64,000 nucleotides of DNA from Dehalococcoidia bacterium (GTDB lineage Bacteria > Chloroflexota > Dehalococcoidia > Lucifugimonadales > UBA3495), in contig CBDEUH010000004.1 in the NCBI GenBank assembly GCA_965243255.1, forward strand, positions 2,034,132 through 2,098,131, in the 5' to 3' direction. Below the pieces are notes generated by a model that saw only the letters and a list, made by a program, of their open reading frames with translations, had not been told where the DNA came from and ran no database searches. Position 1 is the stretch's first letter. Each line of letters opens with the position of its first letter. Positions 54,568 through 64,000 of the stretch are shown piece after piece. The translations under genes were made by a program, and so were the position numbers.

Positions 54568-56019
54568 TTAGAACGCCGGCCGCTGCAGCACGGCCGGGTC
54601 GATGTGACGCCTTACCAACTGCCCGTCGGTGGGTTCGCCCAGCAGTTGGCCGTCGTCCACCATAATTTTGCCGCGCAGGATGACGGTGGTGGGCCAGCCG
54701 AAGATTTCCCAGCCCTCCCAGGGGCTGTAGTCCCGCAGGTGCAGGTCATCCATGGTGAGCCGCTTGTGGATGGTAGGGTCGATGATGGCGAAGTCGGCGT
54801 CGCTACCAGGCGCGATGACGCCCTTGCGAGGGTACATGCCCAGCAATCGGGCCGCGTTGGTGGCGGTGATATTGGCGAACTGGGTCAGCGACATGCCGCG
54901 ACGCACCACGGCCTCGGTGTAGTTGACGCCCATGCGAATTTCGATGCCGATGTTGCCGCCCCGCATGTCCTGAACGTTCAGGCCGGCGGTCTTGTCGATG
55001 TAGGTAGTGAAGCTGCTGTCGGTGGCGGTGAAGGTCAGGTCGTTGCCCAGCAGACCGCTCCAGAGTTCGGTGCCGTCTTCAGGATATTTGAGCGACGGAT
55101 AAGTGTGGTACTTCATGCCGTCGGGTTCCCGATACTGCCAGGCGTTGAAGGACAGCGCCAGCGTCAGTACTTCGCCATACACGGGCAGGCCCCGACTGCG
55201 GGCCGCGGCCACCGCGTTGACGCCGTCGCTGCCGGTTACGTGAACGAAGTACATCCCGGCGCCGTTCTGCTCCGCGATGCGTATCACGTCGCGGAAGGCC
55301 ACGTCCTCCACCTCCTTGGAGTGGATCAGATGGGCATTCCACCAGTCCCACATGCCCCGCTGGTGGGCCAGCAGGTAGTTGTACATCACGATTTCGTCGT
55401 CCTCGGCGTGAACGGCCAGGACGCCGTCGTGGCGAGCCAGCTGCGCGGTGAGGTCGGAGAGGCGCCCGTTGTCGATGCGGCCGATGGGGGTCAGCGACAG
55501 CGGCGGGTCCTGGGGCGGGCGGATGTTGGTGGTGAATATCTTGACGCTGGGAAAGTCGTTGTTGATGAGTTCGCTGACCCGGGCGATACTGTCCGCGGTG
55601 TTGCTGCTCCGGTAGATGACGTGGGCGGAATAGTCGGTGTAGGTATTGCCCGGCCAGACCGACATGAAATCCAGCACGCCGCCCACCAGCTCGCCTTCGT
55701 TGGGCGCGGGGGCAAAGTCAACTACAGTGGTGGTGCCGCCCCAGATTGCGCCCAGGGAGTGTTCCAGCGGGCCGGCGTTGGGCACGCCGTGAACCTGCTG
55801 GTGCGCGCCGGGTTGCACGTTGGCGGCGGCGTGGACGTGGGGTTCGATGCCGCCGGGGGTTACGATGCGCCCGGTGGCGTCCACGGTCTGCACGGCCTCG
55901 TCGACCAGCGTGCCGGCCGCGCCGATGGCGACGATGCGCCCGTCCTGCACTCCGATGTCCACCTCAGCCGCCTCGCTGGGCATGACGACAGTGCCGCCGG
56001 TAATCAGCAAGTCAAACAT
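54568..56019 (-). CDS. dihydropyrimidinase / D-hydantoinase-like cyclic amidohydrolase
   Basis: 483 aa from ATG 56019. 'MFDLLITGGTVV', 'GGIEPHVHAA' and 'FPSVKIFT' (carbamylated-Lys region). Confidence 0.8.
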   Translation of the reverse strand: MFDLLITGGTVVMPSEAAEVDIGVQDGRIVAIGAAGTLVDEAVQTVDATGRIVTPGGIEPHVHAAANVQPGAHQQVHGVPNAGPLEHSLGAIWGGTTTVVDFAPAPNEGELVGGVLDFMSVWPGNTYTDYSAHVIYRSSNTADSIARVSELINNDFPSVKIFTTNIRPPQDPPLSLTPIGRIDNGRLSDLTAQLARHDGVLAVHAEDDEIVMYNYLLAHQRGMWDWWNAHLIHSKEVEDVAFRDVIRIAEQNGAGMYFVHVTGSDGVNAVAAARSRGLPVYGEVLTLALSFNAWQYREPDGMKYHTYPSLKYPEDGTELWSGLLGNDLTFTATDSSFTTYIDKTAGLNVQDMRGGNIGIEIRMGVNYTEAVVRRGMSLTQFANITATNAARLLGMYPRKGVIAPGSDADFAIIDPTIHKRLTMDDLHLRDYSPWEGWEIFGWPTTVILRGKIMVDDGQLLGEPTDGQLVRRHIDPAVLQRPAF

Positions 56020-56097
56020 AGTCGCCCCTCCGGATAGCGCAACGGGTGCGCGGGTCGATTCATGGTAGCACAAACGCCGGAGGTTGCGGTTGGCGGG

Positions 56098-57231
56098 TCA
56101 GCCCAGCGCCTGCCCCAGGTCGGCGATGAGGTCTTCGGCGTTTTCCAGCCCCACGGAAACGCGCAGCAGGTCATCGGGGGTGCTGCTGTCCGGCCCCTCG
56201 ATGGACGCCCGGTGCTCGATGAGGCTCTGGGTTCCGCCCAGGCTGGTGGCCCGCACGAAGAGGCGAACATTGGCCGCCACCTCCATGGCAGCATCCCGGC
56301 CGCCGGTCACCTGGAAGGACAGCATCCCGCCGTAGTCTGACATCTGGCGACCGGCAACAACGTGGCCCGGATGCTCCGGCAGCCCGGGGTAGTGCACGGC
56401 GGCAACCCGCGGATGGTCCTGCAAGAACCGGGCGATGCGGCCGGCGTTGGCGCAGTGGGCGGGCATCCGCACGTGCAGGGTACGCGCTCCCCGCAGCGTC
56501 AGCCAGCAGTCAAACGGCGACGGCACCGCCCCGTACACGTTCTGGATCAGCCGGATGCGCTGGAAATTCTCGGTGTCCCTGACGCTCACCACCGCGCCGC
56601 CGGTTACGTCCTCGTGCCCGCCCAGGTACTTGGTGGTGGAGTGAACGACCATATCGGCGCCCAGGGACAGCGGACGCTGCAGCAGCGGGCTGGCCCAGGT
56701 GTTGTCACAGACGCATAGCGCGCCGGCGGATTGGGCGATGGCCGCCATCTCCGAGATGTCGGTGATTTTCAGCAGCGGGTTGGACGGGGTTTCCACCCAG
56801 ATGAGGCGGGTGTTGGGCTGCACCGCCTGGCGGACGGTTTCGACGTCGGTCATATCGACGAACGTTGATTCCAGGCCCCAGGGCGCGAACACCTCACGCA
56901 GCAGCCGCGCCGTGCCGTGATAACAGTCGTCCGGTGCGATGACGTGGTCGCCGGGGGCCAGCGCCTGGAACACCGTGGCCGTCGCTGCCGAACCCGAGGA
57001 GAAGGCGGCGGCAACCGCGTCGCCGTCCTCTCCGCCCTCCAGCAGCGCCAGCAGATGCTCCAGCGAACTGCGGTTGGGGTTGTCGCTGCGGGAATACACA
57101 AAGCCGCGGGGATACTCCCCGTCGGCGTCCCGCTCGAAGGTGGTGGACAGGTAAATCGGCGGCGCGACGGCGCCGGTGGCCGGGTCGGGCCGGTGAGCCG
57201 CCTGCGCCGCAATGGTTTCGGGCCGCATCAT
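56098..57231 (-). CDS. Cys/Met-metabolism PLP-dependent enzyme (cystathionine gamma-synthase/lyase family)
   Basis: 377 aa from ATG 57231, 5 nt after the GMC stop. 'VVHSTTKYLGGHEDVTGG' contains the PLP lysine. Confidence 0.85.
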   Translation of the reverse strand: MMRPETIAAQAAHRPDPATGAVAPPIYLSTTFERDADGEYPRGFVYSRSDNPNRSSLEHLLALLEGGEDGDAVAAAFSSGSAATATVFQALAPGDHVIAPDDCYHGTARLLREVFAPWGLESTFVDMTDVETVRQAVQPNTRLIWVETPSNPLLKITDISEMAAIAQSAGALCVCDNTWASPLLQRPLSLGADMVVHSTTKYLGGHEDVTGGAVVSVRDTENFQRIRLIQNVYGAVPSPFDCWLTLRGARTLHVRMPAHCANAGRIARFLQDHPRVAAVHYPGLPEHPGHVVAGRQMSDYGGMLSFQVTGGRDAAMEVAANVRLFVRATSLGGTQSLIEHRASIEGPDSSTPDDLLRVSVGLENAEDLIADLGQALG

Positions 57232-57236
57232 CCCGC

Positions 57237-58790
57237 TCAGACGCCGGCCTTGATGAACTCGGCGACGCGCTCGCTGATCATGATAGTCGTCGCGTTGGTA
57301 TTGGCCCGGATCACGTCCGGCATGACGGAGGCGTCGGCGACCCGCAGCCCCTGAACGCCGTGCACCTGGCCGTGCTGGTTCACTACGGCCATGGGGTCGC
57401 TGTCCGGCCCCATCTTGCAGGTGCCGGCGATGTGATGCTGGGTATAGGCGTTGCGCAGGATCCAATTATCCAGCGCGTCGTCGCTGGCCAGGTCGGCGTC
57501 CACCGGGTTGAGCCGTTCCACGATGAACTCCTTGAATGGCGAATTGTCGGCGATTTCCAGGGCCTTGCGAACGGCCTGGCGCATCCGCTGCCGGTCGTAG
57601 GGGTCGCTGAACAGCTGGTAGTCCAAATCCGGCTGGACGGTCGGGTCGGTGGATTGCAGCGAAAGGCGGCCGAAGCCCACGGCGTTCTGCAGGCCCACGC
57701 TCAACCCGAAGTGAAAACCCTCGCCGTCGTAGGACACGCTGGCCGGACGGTGCTCGCTGGTCATCAGCGTCGGCGTAATCTGGAAGTCGGCCCTGGTCGG
57801 CGAGTCGTCAGCGCTCCAGCGCAGGCCCACCTGGATGTTGGGCGCGAAGGTGTCCGGTTCCTCACCCTCGCCGCGGAACAGGATGTAAGCGGCGGGATGG
57901 TCGCGGAAGTTCATGCCGACGCCGGGCAGCTCGTGGTTGACCGGAATGCCCATCTTCCTGAGGTGGTCAGCCGGCCCGATGCCCGACAACAGCAGAATCT
58001 GGGCGGAGCCGATGGTGCCGCTGCACAGGATGACTTCGTTGCCCTCCACCGTGAACACTTCGCCGCCGCTCTGCACCTGGACGCCGACGGCCCGGTTGCC
58101 GTCCATCACCACCCGGTGGGCATGGATGTTACCCCGCACGGTCAGGTTGAGGCGATGGCGCGCCGTGCTCAGGAAGGTCAGCGACGTGCTCATCCGCACG
58201 CCGTCGATGTTGTTCATCGGGCGCGGCGAGATGGCGGTGTAGCAGTCCGGCGCGTTCTGGTCCGGATGCTCGGGGATGCCCAGGCCCACGCAGGCGTCGT
58301 AGAAGGCGGCGTTGAAAGGCAACCAGTCCTCCCGCTTGGGCCGGCGCACCGGCAGCGGCCCCTGGGAGCCGTGGAAGTCGTCGCCGCCGAAGTCCCAGTC
58401 GTTCTCCAGCTTGCGGAAGAAGGGCAGGCAGTCGGTGAACTTCCATTCGTCATTGCCCCACTCGGCCCACAGGTCGTAGTCCTCGGGGACGCCGCGGAAG
58501 ACCACCTGGCCGTTGATGGACGACGACCCGCCCATGGCCCAGCCCCTGGGGATGACCATCGGCTCGCTCTGCGAGGAATTGGCCCGTCCGCGCAGGTCCC
58601 AGCTGTGGGGCCCGTAGGCGGACAGCCAGGTGTTGTTGCCCTGCTTCAGGTCCTGGGGCAGATGCTCGAAGTCGGGGTAGTCGGGGCCGGCCTCCAGCAG
58701 GATGACGGACTTGTCGGTCTGTTCGGAGAGGCGGGTGGCCATGACACAGCCGGCGGAACCGCCGCCGACCACGATGTAGTCATACTTCAT
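57237..58790 (-). CDS. GMC family oxidoreductase (paralogue 2)
   Basis: 517 aa from ATG 58790. 'YDYIVVGGGSAGC', 'GGSSSINGQVVFRG' and 'HIAGTCKMG..GLRVADASVMP'. Confidence 0.92.
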   Translation of the reverse strand: MKYDYIVVGGGSAGCVMATRLSEQTDKSVILLEAGPDYPDFEHLPQDLKQGNNTWLSAYGPHSWDLRGRANSSQSEPMVIPRGWAMGGSSSINGQVVFRGVPEDYDLWAEWGNDEWKFTDCLPFFRKLENDWDFGGDDFHGSQGPLPVRRPKREDWLPFNAAFYDACVGLGIPEHPDQNAPDCYTAISPRPMNNIDGVRMSTSLTFLSTARHRLNLTVRGNIHAHRVVMDGNRAVGVQVQSGGEVFTVEGNEVILCSGTIGSAQILLLSGIGPADHLRKMGIPVNHELPGVGMNFRDHPAAYILFRGEGEEPDTFAPNIQVGLRWSADDSPTRADFQITPTLMTSEHRPASVSYDGEGFHFGLSVGLQNAVGFGRLSLQSTDPTVQPDLDYQLFSDPYDRQRMRQAVRKALEIADNSPFKEFIVERLNPVDADLASDDALDNWILRNAYTQHHIAGTCKMGPDSDPMAVVNQHGQVHGVQGLRVADASVMPDVIRANTNATTIMISERVAEFIKAGV

Positions 58791-58872
58791 AACGGGAGCC
58801 GGTCTCCTTGTCGGGTTTGATGACGCTGCCGGCGATTTTAGCACAGCGGTAACGCAGCCACCCTGCCGTCCT

Positions 58873-60492
58873 CTACTGCGCTCGCGGCCCCTTGGTCGCC
58901 GCAACCCGCTCAATCGACCCGTCCGCGTTGATGCGGAATCCCGAGTACGGCCCCACTTTCTCGTTGAAAATGCTCACGACTTCCTGCCCACTTTCGGGAT
59001 AGTCCAGCCGGCCCAGCCAGCCGGACAGCACGTGTTCCGGCACCACCACTTCGTCAATGTGCCGCAGCGTGTCCTCAGTAAACGGTTGAACCTTCAGGCC
59101 GGCCTGCTTGTTGGCCTCCAGGGCGATGAAATTCTGGTATGGAGCCAACCGCAGCGCCTCCAGCTCTACCTTCGCGCCCTCCTCGATCATTATCTGCTGT
59201 AGGTCGGCCGGCATCTCGTCCCAAACGTCCTTGTTGATAATGTTGTTTGTGTACGTGAAGCGAACCAGTGGCCCGGCCATGTAGTCGGCAACCTCAGACA
59301 GACGTAGGGTCAGTCCCCACATAGCCGGAGTTGCGGCGGTGTCCACGGTTTCACTCTGGAGAGCAGCGTACATCTCGGCGGCGCTCAGCCGCACGGGTTC
59401 GGCTCCCATGCCCCTGATGAAATCTGACATTGACTCAGATGAAGAGCGGATCTTGCGGCCCTGGAAATCCTCCGCCGTTGGCAATGGCTCTCTGCTGAAG
59501 AACCAATTGTCGTAGCCGGCGGACCAGTTACGATTCAGCACGTAAGCTCCACCGCTGATGTCCCGCATCATCCGGTCAATGTCCGGGGCTAGTTCGGTCA
59601 CTATGAGGTAGGAAGACTCCCAGTCGCTGGCCAATCCGTACAGCGATAGCAACTCCAGGTTGGGGTAGTCCTTCGACACGTAGCCGGTGAAAATGCCCGC
59701 CATGTCCAGCGTGCCGTCAGCGACCTGGTCCAGCATTTCCGGCCCGGCCAGGCCCAATTCAGAGAGGGACGTCACAGACAACTGCACTTGCCCGTTGGTG
59801 CGCTCCACCAGGTTGGGCGCCCAATAACTCTCAATCAGTACGCAGTGGGGCAGATTGCGGTTAGAGCACACGTGCTGGATTTCAAAGCTCTCCCCGGAAG
59901 ACGTCAGCTCGGTAGGATTGGCCAGATTGGCCTTGTTAAGCAAGCCCCGGTAATAGTCGCTCTCGTAGATGAACCCTTGCCCCGGTGATCCCGGCAGGCC
60001 GAACAGCGCCGCCGCCGTCACCTGGGTGTACACGGTTTCGGGGAATTCAAACATCAGCGACTCGTGCGGCGGCGGGCCCATCAGCTGCGAAACGTCTCCG
60101 ACGAAAATAGCTCCCGGCCCGCCAGCGTGCTCCGCCGCGTAGGCCACCAGCGCGGCCTGGCGCTCGGCGGCGGACATGGCCGGCGTGGGTTCCGGCGTTG
60201 GCGGGGAGGGTCGCGCAGTTGCCGTTGGTTCCGCGGGCGCGACGGTCGGGGCCGGCGCTACTGAGGTTGGCGGTGCTACAGTCGCCGTCGGTTCCGGGGC
60301 CGCCGCAGTCTCCGCCGGCGCCGCCGTAGGCGCCGGAGCAGACCCGACGGTAGGCGCCGCCATCGCCGTCGGTGCTGCCGTCGGCTGCGGTTCTGGTTCG
60401 CCGCCGCAGGCAGCCAGGCCAAACGCCAATGCCAGGGCCAATGCTGCGGCGAAGACGGTAGCAATATAGCGCTTTTTCACCTTGGTTATCAT
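58873..60492 (-). CDS. TRAP-type (DctP-like) substrate-binding lipoprotein with long Ala/Pro linker and extra N-terminal region; no DctQM nearby
   Basis: Lipobox 'GLAACGG'. 'GRKIRSSSESMSDFIRGMGAEPVRLSAAEMYAALQSETVD' resembles the DctP core. Confidence 0.55.
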   Translation of the reverse strand: MITKVKKRYIATVFAAALALALAFGLAACGGEPEPQPTAAPTAMAAPTVGSAPAPTAAPAETAAAPEPTATVAPPTSVAPAPTVAPAEPTATARPSPPTPEPTPAMSAAERQAALVAYAAEHAGGPGAIFVGDVSQLMGPPPHESLMFEFPETVYTQVTAAALFGLPGSPGQGFIYESDYYRGLLNKANLANPTELTSSGESFEIQHVCSNRNLPHCVLIESYWAPNLVERTNGQVQLSVTSLSELGLAGPEMLDQVADGTLDMAGIFTGYVSKDYPNLELLSLYGLASDWESSYLIVTELAPDIDRMMRDISGGAYVLNRNWSAGYDNWFFSREPLPTAEDFQGRKIRSSSESMSDFIRGMGAEPVRLSAAEMYAALQSETVDTAATPAMWGLTLRLSEVADYMAGPLVRFTYTNNIINKDVWDEMPADLQQIMIEEGAKVELEALRLAPYQNFIALEANKQAGLKVQPFTEDTLRHIDEVVVPEHVLSGWLGRLDYPESGQEVVSIFNEKVGPYSGFRINADGSIERVAATKGPRAQ

Positions 60493-60539
60493 GGGTTTGT
60501 CTTTCCTCTTTATGTGTTCTAACTCTGTTGGCGATGTAT

Positions 60540-61256
60540 TTATGATACCGCCTCCCTCGCCTTGGCAAAGACCGCGTCCAGCATTTCCAGCGTCAGCCTT
60601 CCGGTCTGGGTGTTTTGCTGGCTGGGGTGATAGCTGGCTATCAGCAGCGGGCCGTCGTCAGGCAGCTGGGTGGCAACGTTGTGTCCGAAAGCCGGTTTCC
60701 GCGCCGGCGGGGTGCGTCCGGCGGCCTCCCAGGCGCGCAGGAAGGCGTCAAAAGCGATGCGCCCCAGCGCTACCACAGCGCGCAATTCCGTGAGCAGCTG
60801 TATCTCCCGGGTGATGTAGGGACGGCAGGCCGTCAGCTCAGCCGGCGTCAGCTTGTTCTGCGGGGGAGCGCAGCGGGCGGCGGCGGTAATCAACGCGCAG
60901 GTCAGCTCCAGACCGTCGCCGATGCGCACCGATTCCGGCTGGTTGGCGAATCCCGCCCGGTGCAGGGCGCCAAAGAGCCAGTCACCGCTGCGGTCGCCGG
61001 TGAACATCCGCCCGGTTCGGTTGCCCCCGTGGGCCGCCGGCGCCAATCCGACCACCAACAGGCGAGCGTTCGGGTCGCCGAAAGCCGCCAGCGGACGGCC
61101 CCAGTACTCTTCATCCCGGTACATCCGGCGCTTGACGCGGGCCGTTTCCTCCCGCCAGGCGACCAGCCGGGGACAAGTGCGGCAGGCGACAACCTGCTCC
61201 TGGATTTCAGCGATGGAGCCGGCGGTTGTGGGATCAGTGGCTATGACTGTGCCCAT
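60540..61256 (-). CDS. uracil-DNA glycosylase, family 4/5 type
   Basis: 'CRTCPRL', 'LLVVGLAPAAHGGNRTGRMFTGD' and 'SYHPSQQN'. Confidence 0.82.
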   Translation of the reverse strand: MGTVIATDPTTAGSIAEIQEQVVACRTCPRLVAWREETARVKRRMYRDEEYWGRPLAAFGDPNARLLVVGLAPAAHGGNRTGRMFTGDRSGDWLFGALHRAGFANQPESVRIGDGLELTCALITAAARCAPPQNKLTPAELTACRPYITREIQLLTELRAVVALGRIAFDAFLRAWEAAGRTPPARKPAFGHNVATQLPDDGPLLIASYHPSQQNTQTGRLTLEMLDAVFAKAREAVS

Positions 61257-62844
61257 CGTGGCCTGCCGGAGCGCCCCAACCGCCGCCGCCCGGAGTGCGG
61301 ATGCTCAACACGTCGCCGGCTTCCACGTCCAGGGTTTCCTTGCCGGCCAAGTGGACTTCTTCGTAGCCGCCTTTCAGCAGCACGTTCTCCCCGTGCTCGC
61401 CGTGATGCCCGCCGTGATAACCGGGCGGAGCGTATCGCCGCCGCTCGGACAGCACGGTGACTCGGGCCGGACTGAGGAACTCAACGTCGCGGATCAGCCC
61501 GTCGCCGCCTTTGTGCAACCCGTCGCCGCCGGAACCACGGCGCAGCGCGTACCGCCGCAGCCGCAGCGGGAAGGCGAACTCCAAAGCCTCCACCGGCGTG
61601 TTCATGGTGTTGGTCATGTGGGTGTGGATGCCGGACACGCCGTCTTTGTCGGGCCGGGCACCCATGCCGCCGCCGATGGTCTCGTAATAGACGTAGGGCT
61701 TGTCCCGGGAGATGTCGTGGCCGCCGACGATCATGTTGTTCATGGTTCCCTGGGACGATGCCGGTATCTTGTCCGGCATGGCCTGGCTCATGGCGGCCAG
61801 CAGAACGTCGGTGATGCGCTGGGACGTTTCCACGTTGCCGCCAGCCACGCCGCGCTGGGGCAGGGGGTCAACCAGGCTGCCGCGCGGGGTGATTACCTCC
61901 ACCGGACGCAGGCAGCCCTGGTTAGCCGGCGCTTCGTCGCCCACCACGCAGCGGACCACGTAGAGGCTGGCGGACACGGTTACAGCGCGGGGCGCGTTGA
62001 TGCAGCCGGGCCGGTGGTCGGCAGTGCCGGTGAAGTCGATGGTCAAGCGGTCGCCGGCCACGGTTACGGCCACGGTGATGGCCACCGGCTCGTCGGTCTG
62101 GCCGTCGTCGTCCATGTAGTCGGTAACCGAATACATGCCGTCGGGTATTTCGGTGATGCGCCGGCGGGTGAGGCGTTCCGAGTAGTCCAGCAAAGCCGCC
62201 ATGTGCTCGTGGGTCTCCGCCAGCCCGTAGCGCTGGGCGATTTCGGTGAGGCGAGTGTCGCCCACCCGGATGGACGCAATCTGCGCCGCCAGGTCCCCCT
62301 GCCGGTCCTCCGGCGTGCGCGAGTTACGGCAGATGAGCGCGATCAGTTCCTGGTTGATGCGCCCGGCATCGGACAGCTTCAAGGGCGGAATAATCATCCC
62401 TTCCTGGTATAGCTCGGTGGACAGGGGCATGGAACCGGGAGCCATACCGCCCACGTCCGAATGGTGCCCCCGGTTGCTCACGTAGCCGATGAGCTCCTGC
62501 CCGCCGTCAACGCCGATATACGCCGGCGCCACCAGCGTAATGTCGGGCAGGTGGGACCCTCCCATGTAGGGGTCGTTGAGGATGATGATGTCGCCGGGCT
62601 GCAATCCGTCGGGAAAGGTCTGCAAGGCGGCCTGCACCGAGGCCGGCATCGCCCCCAGGTGCACCGGCTGGTGCGCCGCCTGCGCCACCATCTCGGCGGC
62701 GGGATTGAAGAGCGCGCAGGAAAAGTCCTGGCGTTCCTTCATGTTGGTGGAGTAGCTGGTGCGCTGGAGCGCGACGCCCATCTCCTCCGAAACGGAGATG
62801 AACATGTTCTTGAACACTTCCAGGCTGATGGCGTCAACGGGCAT
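61234..62844 (-). CDS. hydantoinase B / oxoprolinase family protein
   Basis: 536 aa. 'DAISLEVFKNMFISVSEEMG', 'ERQDFSCALF' and 'NDPYMGGSHLPD'. Confidence 0.88.
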   Translation of the reverse strand: MPVDAISLEVFKNMFISVSEEMGVALQRTSYSTNMKERQDFSCALFNPAAEMVAQAAHQPVHLGAMPASVQAALQTFPDGLQPGDIIILNDPYMGGSHLPDITLVAPAYIGVDGGQELIGYVSNRGHHSDVGGMAPGSMPLSTELYQEGMIIPPLKLSDAGRINQELIALICRNSRTPEDRQGDLAAQIASIRVGDTRLTEIAQRYGLAETHEHMAALLDYSERLTRRRITEIPDGMYSVTDYMDDDGQTDEPVAITVAVTVAGDRLTIDFTGTADHRPGCINAPRAVTVSASLYVVRCVVGDEAPANQGCLRPVEVITPRGSLVDPLPQRGVAGGNVETSQRITDVLLAAMSQAMPDKIPASSQGTMNNMIVGGHDISRDKPYVYYETIGGGMGARPDKDGVSGIHTHMTNTMNTPVEALEFAFPLRLRRYALRRGSGGDGLHKGGDGLIRDVEFLSPARVTVLSERRRYAPPGYHGGHHGEHGENVLLKGGYEEVHLAGKETLDVEAGDVLSIRTPGGGGWGAPAGHDGHSHSH

Positions 62845-62892
62845 GATTGTGCAGTCCTTTGTCCCTGTGAAAGTGCGGTATGAGCAACCTGG

Positions 62893-63702
62893 CTAGAGCG
62901 TCGCCAGCAGGTCCGTCGCGCCCGGCGGGGTAACCAGTTGGTAGAACTCCGTGCCCATCAGCGTATGCACCACGTCCTGGGGCAGCTGCTGGAACGGGCC
63001 TTCGTCGCTGATTTGCGTCCGGTGGCACGCCAGCGACGCCAGCTTGGTGCCCACCCAGGGCGACACGTCCAGCGTGGTCGTTACGTCGTCGTCGGGCGTG
63101 CCCAGCGAGTCCACGGCGTCCACTGCGAAAGGCGGCGTGATGCCCCGGTCGGTCATCTCCTGCCACCAACGGCGGAACACGTTGCGGGGAAAGCATACGT
63201 AGTAGAGCAGCGGCGTGAACCCGTCCGGGTCGGCGGCGCGCGCAACGGCGGCGGTGGCGTGGGCGCACATGGTCTTGTGATCGGGATGGCCGTAGCCGCC
63301 ACTGGGGTCGTGGGTCAGCACCATGTGCGGGTTGATTTCGGCGATGACTCCGGCGAGATTGCCGACCACGGCATCGGCGTCGGCGTTGCAGTAGGCGTTG
63401 GGGTGGTTGTTGTCATCCCAACCGTCCATGCCGCTGTCCCGATAGTTGAGAAAACGGAGGTCAGCGACGCCGGTGATGGCCATGGCGTTGTGGAGTTCCT
63501 GCTGGCGCACCTGCCACAGGTTTTCGGGGGTCGCCAGGGATGGGTCGCTGATTTCGCCCACGTCGCCGTTGGTGGCGCAGACCAGGGTGATGCGAGCGCC
63601 ACCGGCGGCCAGCATCGCCAGCAGCCCGCCCGAGGCAAATCCCTCATCATCCGGATGCGCGAAGCAGGCGAGGACGGAGAGGCGGGAAAGGTCAGCGCTC
63701 AT
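62893..63702 (-). CDS. PIG-L/LmbE family deacetylase
   Basis: 'VLACFAHPDDE' plus downstream His/Asp zinc-ligand motifs. The ATG overlaps the upstream stop (ATGA). Confidence 0.8.
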   Translation of the reverse strand: MSADLSRLSVLACFAHPDDEGFASGGLLAMLAAGGARITLVCATNGDVGEISDPSLATPENLWQVRQQELHNAMAITGVADLRFLNYRDSGMDGWDDNNHPNAYCNADADAVVGNLAGVIAEINPHMVLTHDPSGGYGHPDHKTMCAHATAAVARAADPDGFTPLLYYVCFPRNVFRRWWQEMTDRGITPPFAVDAVDSLGTPDDDVTTTLDVSPWVGTKLASLACHRTQISDEGPFQQLPQDVVHTLMGTEFYQLVTPPGATDLLATL

Positions 63703-64000
63703 ACGCTCTCCGGCTCCAGGATCAGATTGCCGTAGGGATCGACTTCGCCGTTCCAGCCGGGAGGGACTACGATGGTGGTGTCCAACTGCAGCAGCAGCGC
63801 GGGGCCGGCAATGCGGTTGCCCGTTCGAAGCTGGTCGCGGTCATACAGGGTGGTATTGACCGGGCCGCCGGCGAACACCACCTCGGCGGAACCGATGACG
63901 GCGGCGGATGAATCCGGACCCTGTGATGCACCCGGTTCCAGCTCTGGTTTGGCTACGGCCAACTCCAGCTTGAGACGCAGGTTCACCACTTCAATGGGCA
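63699..64000 (-). CDS. hydantoinase A / oxoprolinase family protein, C-terminal part (5' end beyond the window)
   Basis: The frame is open to the window edge. The C-terminal 'GPALLLQLDTTIVVPPGW' is typical of HyuA-type subunits, and the gene pairs with the HyuB gene downstream. Confidence 0.6.
   Translation of the reverse strand, partial: PIEVVNLRLKLELAVAKPELEPGASQGPDSSAAVIGSAEVVFAGGPVNTTLYDRDQLRTGNRIAGPALLLQLDTTIVVPPGWNGEVDPYGNLILEPESV

Noticed and set aside
1-64000. tRNA, rRNA, tmRNA, RNase P or integrase/att sites that could mark a prophage boundary
   Set aside because: None was recognisable by eye in any intergenic region. This needs tRNAscan-SE/Infernal to be certain, so absence is provisional.

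Overview
GC-rich (by eye above 60% G+C), gene-dense bacterial chromosomal segment. No rRNA, tRNA, CRISPR array, integrase or transposase was recognised by eye. About 60 kb is an aerobic-heterotroph catabolic and transport landscape built from paralogue pairs: 2 GMC oxidoreductases, 2 ThDP enzymes, 2 VOC/glyoxalase-fold proteins, 2 SDRs, 2 DUF3500 proteins, 2 MFS transporters, and 2 peptide-type ABC importer loci without ATPase genes. It also carries cyclic amidohydrolase and hydantoinase A/B genes. Housekeeping genes are interspersed: mitochondrial-type aconitase, type II glutamine synthetase, glyA, leucine dehydrogenase, cyclophilin, ComM/YifB, a family-5-like UDG, Lrp and a ferredoxin. This gene mix, plus consensus sigma70-like promoters and one apparently leaderless mRNA, fits a high-GC Chloroflexota- or Actinobacteria-like organism; that placement is inference only. 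The left 4.7 kb is different. It holds an intact-looking but minimal HK97-type head module (prohead protease, major capsid protein with delta domain, enlarged connector-like protein, small tube-like protein) with no portal, terminase, tail or integrase genes in view. Directly upstream lies an insulated, promoter-to-terminator bracketed non-coding unit of about 0.6 kb carrying three 62-63 nt tandem repeats. This is my best candidate for something undescribed. The second strongest observation is a DUF3179-family lipoprotein gene at the end of an ABC operon. It is interrupted by a single in-frame TGA that creates a U-x-x-C motif and is followed by a SECIS-like hairpin, so it is either a candidate selenoprotein or a pseudogene. 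Many long ORFs in the supplied track are antisense shadows typical of GC-rich DNA and were not called. Several listed ORF starts were moved to internal ATG/TTG codons that have Shine-Dalgarno sequences.
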